Shown here piece by piece: positions 43,628 to 55,737 of a stretch of 64,000 nucleotides of DNA (position 1 is its first letter; every line of letters starts with the position of its first letter). Source of the stretch: an uncultured Chloroflexia bacterium (GTDB taxonomy: Bacteria > Chloroflexota > Limnocylindria > Limnocylindrales > CSP1-4); assembly GCA_963813335.1 (NCBI GenBank), contig CAWEYL010000001.1, positions 480,001 through 544,000 on the forward strand, read 5' to 3'. Under the pieces are notes generated by a model, which was not told the DNA's origin, searched no databases, and saw only the letters and a program-made list of their open reading frames with translations. The position numbers and the translations under genes were made by a program.

Positions 43628-44916
43628 TGCCCGCGACCCCGACCGGCCTCGCCCGCCGGTACGCCTTCCTCACCGCGCTCCGCTGGCTCCCGGTCGGGCT
43701 GACGATCCCGGTCAACGTCCTGCTGATGCAGGCGCGCGGCCTGGACCTTGCGGCGATCGGCGGTCTCTACGCCGTCTACGGCATCGTGACGGTCGCCCTC
43801 GAGCTGCCGACCGGCGGTCTCGCCGACGTCATCGGCCGGCGTGTGGTCCTGGTCGCCGCCGCGCTCGCGACCACCGTGTCGATGGCCGTCGCAGCGTTCG
43901 CGCAGGACGTGCCGTGGTTCCTGCTCGTCATGGTCCTCGGCGCGACCGGCCGCGCGCTCGGCTCCGGACCGCTCGACGCCTGGTACGTCGATGCGACCCA
44001 TGCGCTCGATCCCGACGGGCCGGTGCGCCGCGGCATCGCCCGCGCGCAGAGCGCGGAGGCCCTGGCGCTCGGCATCGGCGCCGTGATCGGCGGCCTGCTG
44101 CCGACGCTGGCCAGCACGCTCTGGCCGACGCTCACCTCGGGCGCGCTGATCGCCCTGTCCATCCCCGTGCTGGCGGCCGCCGCCCTGATGTTCGCGAACG
44201 CCGTCGCCATCGTCCTCCTGGTCCGCGAGGAGCGGCCCGCCTGGACGGGCGTCCGGGCGATCGTCGGCGGGGTCCCGAGCACCGTCCGCGACGGCCTCCG
44301 ACTCGGCGCCGGCGACTCCGTGCTGCGCCGGCTCATGGTCCGGGCGGGCCTCCTTGGCGTGGTGCTCGCCGGCATCGAGCTGCTCGCCCCGGGCACCTTC
44401 GCCGCGCTGCTCGGCGGCGAGGCCCAGGCCAGCCGGGCCTACGGGGTCTTCGCCGCCGCGGCGTTCGGGGCCAGTGCCGCCGGTGCCGCCCTCGCACCGG
44501 CCGTGGCGACGCGGCTCGGCGGCGGCGCGCGGGCCGCTGCGGTGGCCTCGTTCGCGGCCGGGTTCTCCGTCCTGCTCGTCGGCGCGCCGTTCCTCGCCGC
44601 GGTCGGGACCGGATACATCGGCGTCTACCTCCTGCTCGGGATCACCGGGCCGCTCACCTCGGAGCTGCTCCACGCCCGCGTCTCCGCGGCGCAGCGGACG
44701 ACGCTCCTGTCGGTCGAATCGCTCGCACTCCAGGTCGGCGGCGTGGTCGCGAACCTGAGCCTCGGCGCGATCGTCGTCGCGACCTCGCTCGGCTGGGGGT
44801 TCGCGCTCATCGCGATCGCGCTGTTCGCCTCCGCGGCGTTGCTCGTCGGTCGGCCGTTCCGCGAACCGGCGGCGGGCGACGTCCCGCGGCCGGCTGCCGC
44901 CCCCGAGGCCGGCTGA
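43627..44916 (+). CDS. MFS transporter (putative exporter)
   Basis: MFS motif A ELPTGGLADVIGRR, about 12 hydrophobic segments, TGATG coupling to the regulator. Confidence 0.88.
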   Translation: MPATPTGLARRYAFLTALRWLPVGLTIPVNVLLMQARGLDLAAIGGLYAVYGIVTVALELPTGGLADVIGRRVVLVAAALATTVSMAVAAFAQDVPWFLLVMVLGATGRALGSGPLDAWYVDATHALDPDGPVRRGIARAQSAEALALGIGAVIGGLLPTLASTLWPTLTSGALIALSIPVLAAAALMFANAVAIVLLVREERPAWTGVRAIVGGVPSTVRDGLRLGAGDSVLRRLMVRAGLLGVVLAGIELLAPGTFAALLGGEAQASRAYGVFAAAAFGASAAGAALAPAVATRLGGGARAAAVASFAAGFSVLLVGAPFLAAVGTGYIGVYLLLGITGPLTSELLHARVSAAQRTTLLSVESLALQVGGVVANLSLGAIVVATSLGWGFALIAIALFASAALLVGRPFREPAAGDVPRPAAAPEAG

Positions 44917-44946
44917 GCCCCGCCTGACTGCTACCATCGCGCTCCC

Positions 44947-46596
44947 ATGAGCGACCGGCCCCGTTTCTACCTGACCACCTCGATCGCGTACGCGAACAAC
45001 AAGCCGGGCATCCACACGCTCTACGAGGTGATCGGCGCCGACGCGATCGCCCGCTGGCACCGGATGCTCGGTCACGACACGCGCTTCCTGACCGGCACCG
45101 ACGAGCACTCGATCAACATCGCGCAGGCCGCCGTGGACGAGGGACGGCCAACCCGCGAGTTCGTCGACGAGAAGGTGGCGCTCTTCCACGCGTCCGAGGC
45201 CGCCCTCGGCATCGCCCCGGACCGCTTCATCCGGACGACGGATCCTGACCACGTCCGAGCGGCACAGGAGATGGTCCGCCGGGCCTACGCCAACGGCGAC
45301 ATCTACCCCGGCACGTACGAGGGCTGGTACTGCCCCAACGAGGGCTTCCGCAACGCCACCGACGTCATCGAGACCGCCCAGGGGACCATCTGCCCGAACC
45401 ACCCCGGCGTCCCGCTCCAGTGGCTGACCGAGCGGAACTGGTTCTTCCGGTTGTCCGCCTACCAGGAGCGCCTCGAGCGGCACTTCGCGGAGCACGACGA
45501 CTTCGTCATGCCGACGTTCCGGCGCAACGAGATGCTCGGGTTCATCCGCAGCGGCCTCGAGGACTTCTCGATCAGCCGCGAGCGGACGCCAGGGGATTGG
45601 GGGATCCCGTTCCCGATCCGCGAAGACGGCTCGCCGTCGCAGCTGCCCGACGGGACGTGGGACCCGGCCGCCGGCAAGATCTACGTCTGGTACGACGCGC
45701 TGATCAACTACATCACGGGCGCCGGCTTCCCCGACGACCCGGCGGCGTTCGCGCGCTGGTGGCCGGCCGACCTGCACGTCATCGGCAAGGACATCGCCCG
45801 GTTCCACTCGATCTTCTGGCCGGCGATGCTGTGGAGCGCCGGCCTCGAGGCGCCTCGCCAGGTGTGGGTGCATGGCTGGCTGCTGGCGGCCGGCGGCGAG
45901 CGGATGAGCAAGAGCCGCGGCAACTTCCTCGACCCCGACGACTTCGTGGCCGCCTTCGGCCAGGACGGCGCGCGCTACGTCGCGCTCCGCGAGGTGCCCT
46001 TCGACCGAGATGCCGAGGTCTCGTGGGACTCGTTCGTGCGCCGCTACAACGCCGACCTCGCCAACGACTTCGGCAACCTCGTCAATCGCACGGTCAGCAT
46101 GGTCAACCGCTACCTCGACGGCGAGCGGCCCGATCCCGTGCCGCCGACCGACGGCCGGCTGTCCTTCGACTGGGTCGCCATCCCTGGGATCTACGGCGCC
46201 GAGATCGAGAGCTGCCTGCTCCACGACGCGCTCAGCCTGCTGATCGAGACCTTCGTGCCCGCGGCGAACCGCATGGTCGACGCCGAGCGGCCGTGGGACC
46301 TGGCCAAGGCCTGGAAGGCGGGCGACGAGGGGGCGGGCGAACGCCTCCGCGGCGTCCTCGGCGACCTCGTGGAGGCCTGTCGGCTCGTCGGCCTGGCAGT
46401 CACGCCGTTCATGCCCGCGACCGGTCCGCGGGTCCTCGCCCAGCTCGGCTACGACTTCCCGTACAGCCCGGACGGTAACGGCGGGCCGCCCATCCTCGAC
46501 GAGCTGGCCTGGGGCCGCCACGCCGGCGAGCCCGGGCGGGTGACCGCCCCCGAGCCGCTCTTCCCGCGGCTCGACGCGGAGCCCGGGCCGGGCTGA
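44947..46596 (+). CDS. metG: Methionyl-tRNA synthetase (short form, non-canonical HIGH motif)
   Basis: Motifs FYLTTSIAY, FLTGTDEH, YEGWYC, YVWYDALINY, IGKDIARFH, RMSKSRGN and YNADLANDFGNL. Confidence 0.95.
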   Translation: MSDRPRFYLTTSIAYANNKPGIHTLYEVIGADAIARWHRMLGHDTRFLTGTDEHSINIAQAAVDEGRPTREFVDEKVALFHASEAALGIAPDRFIRTTDPDHVRAAQEMVRRAYANGDIYPGTYEGWYCPNEGFRNATDVIETAQGTICPNHPGVPLQWLTERNWFFRLSAYQERLERHFAEHDDFVMPTFRRNEMLGFIRSGLEDFSISRERTPGDWGIPFPIREDGSPSQLPDGTWDPAAGKIYVWYDALINYITGAGFPDDPAAFARWWPADLHVIGKDIARFHSIFWPAMLWSAGLEAPRQVWVHGWLLAAGGERMSKSRGNFLDPDDFVAAFGQDGARYVALREVPFDRDAEVSWDSFVRRYNADLANDFGNLVNRTVSMVNRYLDGERPDPVPPTDGRLSFDWVAIPGIYGAEIESCLLHDALSLLIETFVPAANRMVDAERPWDLAKAWKAGDEGAGERLRGVLGDLVEACRLVGLAVTPFMPATGPRVLAQLGYDFPYSPDGNGGPPILDELAWGRHAGEPGRVTAPEPLFPRLDAEPGPG

Positions 46597-46603
46597 CCGC
46601 GGG

Positions 46604-47434
46604 ATGCGCCTGGTCGACAGCCACTGCCACCTCAACGCCGACCGCTTCGAGGGCGATGCCGACCTCGTGATCGGCGGCGCCCGGCTGGCTGGCGTCGAGC
46701 GGATCCTGGTCCCCGGCTGGAACGTCGCCTCGTGCGAGCGCGCCCTCGCGCTCGTCGACCGCTTCCCGTGGCTCGACGCGGCGGTGGGGGTCCATCCCCA
46801 CGATGCCGCGAAGGTCGACGACGCCGCCTGGGCGGGTATCGCTGCCCTCGCCACGGACGACCGCGTGGTCGCGATCGGCGAGACCGGCCTCGACTACGAC
46901 CGGGTCTTCAGCCCCATCGACGACCAGCTCGGCAACCTGCGCCGGAACCTGGCGCTCGCGCTCGAGACGAGCAAGCCGGCCATCCTGCACTGCCGCTCCG
47001 GCGACGGCCGGCGGGACGCCCAGGACGCCCTCCTCGACGAGCTCCGCGCGGCCGGCGTCGGCGACGCCCGCTGGGCCGCGGCCTTCGGCGAGCGACCGCC
47101 GGCGGTCATCCACTCATATTCGGGCCCGCTCGACTACGCCCGGCAGGTGATCGACCTGGGGCTCGCGGTCAGTTTCTCGGGGCTCGTCTTCCGGGCGGGG
47201 GAGGAGGCGTCGGCGGCCGTCGCCGCGCTGGTGCCCCTCGACCGGCTGCTGACCGAGACCGATTCGCCGTTCCTGGCACCACCCGGCGCACCACGGTCGC
47301 GCAACGAACCCGAGTGGGTTCACGTCACATCGTCGTGGCTTGCTGACCAACGGCAGGTCACGATAGAGGAACTCGGCCCGTCACTCGTCGCCGCATATGA
47401 TCGACTCTTCCCGAGTCGTCGGAGGACACCGTGA
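46604..47434 (+). CDS. tatD: TatD-family DNase
   Basis: Motifs DSHCHL, GVHPHD, AIGETGLDY and LLTETDSPFL. Confidence 0.92.
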   Translation: MRLVDSHCHLNADRFEGDADLVIGGARLAGVERILVPGWNVASCERALALVDRFPWLDAAVGVHPHDAAKVDDAAWAGIAALATDDRVVAIGETGLDYDRVFSPIDDQLGNLRRNLALALETSKPAILHCRSGDGRRDAQDALLDELRAAGVGDARWAAAFGERPPAVIHSYSGPLDYARQVIDLGLAVSFSGLVFRAGEEASAAVAALVPLDRLLTETDSPFLAPPGAPRSRNEPEWVHVTSSWLADQRQVTIEELGPSLVAAYDRLFPSRRRTP

Positions 47435-48105
47435 ACCCCACCACGCGCCGCCCCGCCTCTCGGATCGCCGGCGGCCTGCTCACCGCCCTGGTGCTCGTCG
47501 TCAGCGCCTGCACCCAGGTCGCGCCGGCCTCGCCCTCGGCATCGCCGTCGGCGTCCCCGTCGGCATCCCCGTCGGCCTCGACCGCCGTGGTGAGCCCGTC
47601 GCCTGTGGCGACGGCGACGGCGACCGTCATCCCCTCGGCATCCCCGTCCGCCACGCCCGTCCCCACGACCTGCCCGATCGCCGAGCAGCAAGGCAACCTG
47701 CCCTCAGACCGTCTGATCGACATGAAGGTCGCCACGTCCGATAGCGCCGACACGCTCACGTTCGTCTTCGGCAATCTCTCGCTGCCGGGTCCCGGCGGCC
47801 AGCCGGTCGGCGACCTGACGGTCGCGACCAAGCCGTATACCCAGAGTGGGAGCGGCCAGCGGATCGTCATGGACGGCGACCGGGTGATCCAGGTCCGGTT
47901 CATGAACCTGTCCCTGGCGGCCGACACCGGCGAGACCGTGTACCAGGGCCCGGACTCGGTCAAGCCCCGCCTGCCGGCCCTCCGCCAGGCCACCGTGTAC
48001 GACGCGTTCGAAGGGCAGATGGGCTACTACATCGGCTTCGACGGACCGGGCTGCGTCACGCTCGAGCGGGTCGGCCAGAACGTCGTCCTGACCTTCGCCC
48101 ACTAG
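47431..48105 (+). CDS. Putative lipoprotein with an SPSA linker and a small C-terminal beta domain
   Basis: Lipobox VSAC, tandem SPSA repeats, C-terminal DAFEG..YYIG motif. Confidence 0.7.
   Translation: MNPTTRRPASRIAGGLLTALVLVVSACTQVAPASPSASPSASPSASPSASTAVVSPSPVATATATVIPSASPSATPVPTTCPIAEQQGNLPSDRLIDMKVATSDSADTLTFVFGNLSLPGPGGQPVGDLTVATKPYTQSGSGQRIVMDGDRVIQVRFMNLSLAADTGETVYQGPDSVKPRLPALRQATVYDAFEGQMGYYIGFDGPGCVTLERVGQNVVLTFAH
47527..47580 (+). repeat. Degenerate 12-bp coding tandem repeat (Ala-Ser-Pro-Ser)
   Basis: GCN-TCS-CCS-TCG repeated about four times. Confidence 0.6.
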
Positions 48106-48166
48106 CCCGCCGACCATCTCGGCCGCCCACGACCGCCCGGAGCACCGACCCGGGCGGTCGTTCAGG

Positions 48167-48227
48167 TTGACAGCCGGGGCCCGCGTTCGGTAGTCTCCAT
48201 TTGGCACTCTCCATGCGAGAGTGCCAA
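48167..48227 (+). promoter_or_regulatory. groESL promoter with CIRCE element (HrcA operator)
   Basis: TTGACA (48167-48172), 18 nt, TAGTCT, then TTGGCACTC-N9-GAGTGCCAA at 48201-48227. Confidence 0.92.
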
Positions 48228-48423
48228 GCATCGCTGGACCGTCATCGCACGGTCGTCCGCACAGGCCGCCGGCATGGACCGGCGGGAGGAGCGGGACCGA
48301 GCGCGGCAGGATGCCTCAGATGCGTTCACGGGCTGTCCGATCCGACCCCGTTCCCGGCCGGGTCCGCCGCCCGCCAGTCATGCCCGACGGCCGTCCGCCG
48401 GCCGCCACAGGAGGAATTGCACG

Positions 48424-50432
<2,009 letters not shown>

Positions 50433-50457
50433 TCCGGACCGTTCCTCTCGAACACAT

Positions 50458-50486
50458 CGAAGCCCCCGGCGTCGCCGGGGGCTTCG
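50458..50486. terminator. Strong hairpin between convergent groEL and a small secreted gene
   Basis: Perfect 13-bp stem CGAAGCCCCCGGC / GCCGGGGGCTTCG. Confidence 0.75.
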
Positions 50487-50511
50487 GGATTCCGGGCGGC
50501 GATCGAGGCGC

Positions 50512-50856
50512 TCAGTAGGAGGCCTTGCCCTCGACATTGCCCGATGGCGTGATCACGAGCCGGAAGGTCTTCGCGATCGTGCCGTCGAAGTCGGAGTACC
50601 AGTAGATCCCGCTTCCATCGCCCGACGCGATCTCGACGGCCTTGTCGGGCGCCGGGAACGGATACGCGCAGTGGAAAGTCTCCTTGCGCATGTTCTTGTT
50701 GATGACCTGGTTCTCGTCGCAGGTCATCGGGCGGACCGTGTTGGTCGCCGGGTCCCACCAGCCGGACGCCATGTCCTTCGTGCTGGCGGCGGAGGCCGAG
50801 CCGACCGCGGTCAGCATCAGCGCGAGCAGGACGGGGATACCGATCAGTCGTCGCAT
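50512..50856 (-). CDS. Small secreted hypothetical protein
   Basis: SD GGAGGA, signal peptide with ASA cleavage site, GC3-rich codon usage, two Cys. Confidence 0.7.
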   Translation of the reverse strand: MRRLIGIPVLLALMLTAVGSASAASTKDMASGWWDPATNTVRPMTCDENQVINKNMRKETFHCAYPFPAPDKAVEIASGDGSGIYWYSDFDGTIAKTFRLVITPSGNVEGKASY

Positions 50857-50987
50857 GAGGCGTCCTCCGGAGGTCCGGTCGACCGGTCGGTCGACGTCTG
50901 ACGCCGATGGTCGGCGTCACCCTGGAGCCGGTCATCGGTCGAACGACCTAGGGGCCTCCGGAACCACGACCGATGCGCGGACCCCGG

Positions 50988-51737
50988 CTAGCGCCTGACG
51001 TGACGAGGCTTGAACCGCTTGTCCAGCCGCCAGTGGCCCTGGGCGACGCGCGCCCGGGCAAGCTCGAGGTCGTCGGCACCGGGCGTCGGCGCCAGCGCGA
51101 GGACGAACGTCTCGGCGATCCTCGACGGGAGCGCGGCGCCGTCCAGGTCCCCGACGGCCACCGGGCGCGGGTCCTCGCCGATCTCGGCGTAGCGGACGAC
51201 GACCGACAGGCTCGAGCCGCCAGCCGGCAGCGTCAACGTCTGGCGGTCGGGGATGGCGATCTCCTCGCCCCGGGCGTCGAACGCGAGGCCAGGCTCGACA
51301 TGGAGCCGGTCGCCGCCTGCGGCGCCCGAACGGTCGATCGAGACCTCGAGGCCGGTGACGACCCCGGCGCCGTGCAGCGCCCGGTTCCGGCGGCCCAGGC
51401 GCGCCCGGAAGTACGACTGCTCGTCCGCGAGATCGTCGGCGGTGAGGAGCTGTCCCTCGTAGAAGTTCGGTCGGCGGAGGGCGTGCTCCGTTTCGAGCGG
51501 CCCGAACGCGGAGAGCGCACCGGCGGCGCGTGCCAGGCGCTCCGCAGCGGTGATGCCGCGCTCGCCGAGCGGCTCCGGCCGCTGCTGCAGGTCCTCGGTC
51601 AGGAAGGCGAACAGCTGGAGCAGGGCGATCCCCGGATCGGACTCGTTGGTGTCGGTCCACGACGGCGCGTAGACAGCGACCTCGCGCCACAGGGCGGTCG
51701 CGAGTCGCGGCCACTGCTGCTCGTCGATCACGGGCAT
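50988..51737 (-). CDS. Orphan contractile-injection-system-like protein (baseplate N-terminal motif + tail-associated domain)
   Basis: SD GGAGGAG. Motifs YAPSWTDTNESDPGIALLQLFAFLTE and RPNFYEGQLLTADDL..EQSY..LHGAGVVTGLEV..VEPGLAFDARGEEI. Confidence 0.7.
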   Translation of the reverse strand: MPVIDEQQWPRLATALWREVAVYAPSWTDTNESDPGIALLQLFAFLTEDLQQRPEPLGERGITAAERLARAAGALSAFGPLETEHALRRPNFYEGQLLTADDLADEQSYFRARLGRRNRALHGAGVVTGLEVSIDRSGAAGGDRLHVEPGLAFDARGEEIAIPDRQTLTLPAGGSSLSVVVRYAEIGEDPRPVAVGDLDGAALPSRIAETFVLALAPTPGADDLELARARVAQGHWRLDKRFKPRHVRR

Positions 51738-52191
51738 GCTGCTCCTCCCCTGGGTTCGTGCCCGGGCCGGGCTGCCACGCAGTCTCTCACCGAGTGGGCG
51801 GCGGATCACGGGATTTCCGGCTGCTCGCATCGGGACCATCGGCCACTCGGGGCACGGGCGCCGACCCGGCAGGATCCTCGCCGACGGAACGCTATGGCCG
51901 AACCCATGCCCGTCTCGGCTGATTTGGCCCGTCACGACGTTCCGTTCGTGCGTGGATGCGGTCGGAAGATGTCGTCGGCCCATCGATTCGGGCCATCTTC
52001 TGGCCGTTACGTTCCGCTGGTGGTCGTTGTGCCGGGTACGCAGGTTCGGTGGCGATCTTGGCGACTTGGCCGGGCAACCGTTCGAACGTCCGGCAAGCGG
52101 CCGTCGGACCACCGGGACCATCGGGCGTTTGACAGGATCGGCCGCCGCGCCGAGGCTGTCCGCTGTCATCTGTGCTCATCGAAGGAGACCC

Positions 52192-52968
52192 ATGTCCCGC
52201 CGACTCCCCGCCGTGTTCGCGCTCGTCGCGGGCGCCGCGATCGCCCTCACCGCCTGCAGCGGCACGCCCGCCGCCCCGGCCCTGTCCACGCCGGACGAGA
52301 TCATCACCGCCGCCCTCAAGTCCACCGAGACCGCCAAGAGCTTCCACGCCGACGTCACCGTCGACGGCAAGATCTCGGGCGACGTCATGGGGACCGGCGC
52401 CGCCCAGTCGTTCGACCTTGCGGGCACCACCGCCTCGGCCGACGTCGACATCGCCAACAAGGCCGTCCATGCCTCCTTCGCCGTCCCGGCGCTGCTGGGC
52501 CTCTCGGGCGACGTGATCGCCGTGGCCGGGAAGACGTACGTGAAGACCTCCCTGACCGGGCCCCTGTACACGGTCAGCGACACCAAGGACACGGCCGGCG
52601 TCGACCCGTCCGACACGGGCAAGACCATCGACAACGTGGGCGACCTTCTGAAGCAGCCAGGGATCGAACCGACCAAGGGTGACGACGTCGCCTGCGGTTC
52701 CAAGCAGTGCTACACCGTCAACGTCGACCTGACCGCCGACGAGCTGACCAAGATCGCTGGTGCGCAGGCCAGCAGCCTCCCGGTGAAGACCGACGGCACG
52801 CTCAAGGTCCAGATCCGCGTCGAGAAGGACACGAACCACCTGGCCGGGGCGACCGTCGAGGTCGCGTCGCCGTCCCAGGGCAACCTGAAGGTCGACATCG
52901 TCATCTCGAAGTGGGACGAGCCGGTCACGATCTCGGCCCCGCCGGCCGACCAGATCAAGGCCGCCTGA
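52192..52968 (+). CDS. LppX/LprAFG-like (LolA-fold) lipoprotein
   Basis: SD AAGGAG, lipobox LTAC, KSFH, beta-rich body, C-terminal SKWDEPVTISAPP. Confidence 0.75.
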   Translation: MSRRLPAVFALVAGAAIALTACSGTPAAPALSTPDEIITAALKSTETAKSFHADVTVDGKISGDVMGTGAAQSFDLAGTTASADVDIANKAVHASFAVPALLGLSGDVIAVAGKTYVKTSLTGPLYTVSDTKDTAGVDPSDTGKTIDNVGDLLKQPGIEPTKGDDVACGSKQCYTVNVDLTADELTKIAGAQASSLPVKTDGTLKVQIRVEKDTNHLAGATVEVASPSQGNLKVDIVISKWDEPVTISAPPADQIKAA

Positions 52969-53048
52969 CCCGCCGCTGACGCACGACGGCGGGCCGCCGG
53001 GCCTGTCGCCGTGCGGGCGCGCAAAGCCGCGCCACCTACAATGGCCGG

Positions 53049-55737
53049 GTGAGCCCCACCCGTCGCCGACGCCCGGCCGACACCGCCACTGACGAGGCCG
53101 CCGCGGCCACCGCGGAAGCGGTCGGCACGGCCTTCGCCGCGCTCGACGACGCCGCCGCCACGCCCGACGAGCCCGCCTGGCTGCGGGACGCTCCCGGCCC
53201 GGGCGACGACCCGGCGGGCAGGGCGCCGGCCGCCGATCCGGCCGCTATCGCCGCGCGCCGCGCCGCGCGCATCGAGGAGATCGTCCGGGCCCTCAACCCG
53301 GAGCAGGCGCGGGCCGTCACGACGACCGAAGGGCCCCTCCTGATCCTTGCCGGAGCCGGGTCGGGCAAGACGCGCGTGCTCGCCCACCGGATCGCCTACC
53401 TCGTGGGGGTCAACGGGGTGGCGCCCTGGCGGATCCTCGCGGTCACGTTCACCAACCGCGCGGCCGCCGAGCTCCGCGAGCGGATCATCAGCCTCGTCGG
53501 CGAGCCGGGCCGCGACGTCCAGGCCGGCACGTTCCATGCGTTGTGCGCGCGGGTCCTCCGCCAGGACGGCGAGGCCATCGGGGTCGACCGCCGCTTCGTG
53601 ATCTACGACACCGACGACCAGCAGTCGCTGATGAAGCAGATCCTCAAGGAAGAGGACATGCCGCTGACCGGCGAGTTCCGGCCGAGCGCGGTCCTCGGCG
53701 CGATCAGCCGCGCCAAGAACGAGATGCTGGACCCCACGTTCCTGTCCGAGAACGCCGCGAACCACCGGGAGCGGACGATCGCGCGGCTGGCGTCCCGCTA
53801 CCAGGCCCGCCTCCGGCAGTCGAAGGCGCTCGACTTCGACGACCTGTTGCTCGAGGCCGTCCGCCTCTTCGACGAGGCCCCCGACGTGCTCGCCAAGTAC
53901 CAGGAGAAGTGGCGCTACCTCCACGTCGACGAATACCAGGACACCAACCGGCGCGCAGTACCTGTGGGTCAAGTCCCTGGCCGCCGCGCACCGCAACCTG
54001 TGCGTCGTCGGCGACGACGACCAGTCGATCTACAGCTGGCGTGGGGCGGACCTGCGCAACATCCTCGACTTCGAGCGCGACTGGCCGGACGCGACGGTCG
54101 TCAAGCTCGAGCAGAACTACCGCTCGACGCAGCTGATCCTCGACGCCGCCCACGCCGTGGTCTCGCGCAACAGCGCCCGCAAGGACAAGAAGCTCTGGAC
54201 GGAGAACCAGGGCGGCCTCCGGATCCAGCGCTTCGAGGCCTACAACGAGGACGAGGAGGCGGAGTGGATCGCCCGCCAGGTCGAGAGCCTCGTCGGGGGA
54301 CGGGGGAGCGCGCTGACCCGGCGCGCCGACGACGACGAGGCGGACCAGCGCTTCCGGGCGCGCGACATCGCCGTGATGTACCGGATGAACGCCCAGTCCC
54401 GCGCGATCGAGGAATCGTTCCTGCGCTACGGGATCCGCTACCAGCTGGTCGGGGGCACGCGCTTCTACGCCCGGCGCGAGGTCAAGGACGCGCTGGCCTA
54501 CCTGCGGATCCTCCGCTCCGACACCGACAGCGTCAGCTTCGAGCGGATCATCAACGTCCCGGCGCGCGGCATCGGCGACAAGACCATCGAGGTCCTGCGC
54601 GCGGCCGCCGCTCGCGAGGACGGCACGACCTGGGGCGCGATCGAGGCCGCCGCGAACGGCACGCTCGAGGGGCTCGCGCCACGCACCCGCAACGCGCTGG
54701 CCGAGTTCGCCGCGCTGGTCCGCCGGCTCCGGGCGCGGATCGGCGTGCTGGCCCTCCCCGAGCTGCTCGACGAGGCGCTGGAGGCGTCGGGCTATCGGGC
54801 GATGCTCGCGGACGGCTCCGAGGAGGGCGAGGAGCGCTGGGCCAACCTGCTCGAGCTGCGCCTCGTCACCACCCGTTACGACGACCTCGCGCCGGACGAC
54901 GCGCTCGACCGGCTGCTCGAGGAGACCGCCCTCGTGGCCGATCAGGACTCGTACGAGGGCGATGCCGACGCGGTGACGCTGATCACGCTCCACGCCGCCA
55001 AGGGCCTGGAGTTCCCGGTGGTCTTCATCGCCGGCCTCGAGGAGGGGCTCTTCCCGCACAGCCGGGCCCTCGACGACGAGAAGGAGCTCGAGGAGGAGCG
55101 CCGCCTCGCGTACGTGGGCATCACCCGCGCGAAGCGGCGGCTGTACCTGTCGCACGCGTGGCGCCGCGCGACCTGGGGGATGGGCCAGGCCGCGGTCCCG
55201 TCGCGGTTCCTGCTCGAGATCCCGGCCGAGCTGATGGTCGGCCCGCGGCTCGACGGCGACGACGACCGCGAGCTGGACCTCGACCTCGTCTTCGGGGCGC
55301 GGCGGACCAGCCGCTTCAACACGCCGACGCGGGGGAGCGGCGGGCGCGGGGCGTTCCGCGAGGGCAGCGGCCGGCCCGGCGCACCGGTCGCCGGTGAGCC
55401 GTTCCGCCCGAGCCGCGACCTCGCCGCGAAGCGCGAGGCGTTCGCCGCCGGGGCGCAGTCCGGCTCGCTGCGCCGTCCGGTCCGGGCCTGGGACGACGAC
55501 CTCGAGACGCCGGCCGCGGCTCGGCCCGCGGCCCCGGCCGCCCCGCGTCCGGTCATCCCGGGCGAACGCCGGTTCCGCGACGGCGACCGGGTGCGCCACG
55601 GCCGCTGGGGCGATGGCATCGTGGTGACCTCGAAGCTCACGCGCAGCGATGAGGAGGTCACGGTCGCGTTCAAGGACCCCGCGGTCGGGCGCAAGCAGAT
55701 GCTGGCGAGCCTCGCCAACCTCGAGATCGTCGGGTGA
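53049..55737 (+). CDS. pcrA: ATP-dependent DNA helicase PcrA/UvrD (apparent +1 frameshift at ~53949-53952)
   Basis: Motifs LAGAGSGKTRVL, VDEYQDTN, VGDDDQSIY, LEQNYRST, TLHAAKGLEF and EERRLAYVGITRA, plus a C-terminal GDRVRH..WGDG domain. Confidence 0.95.
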
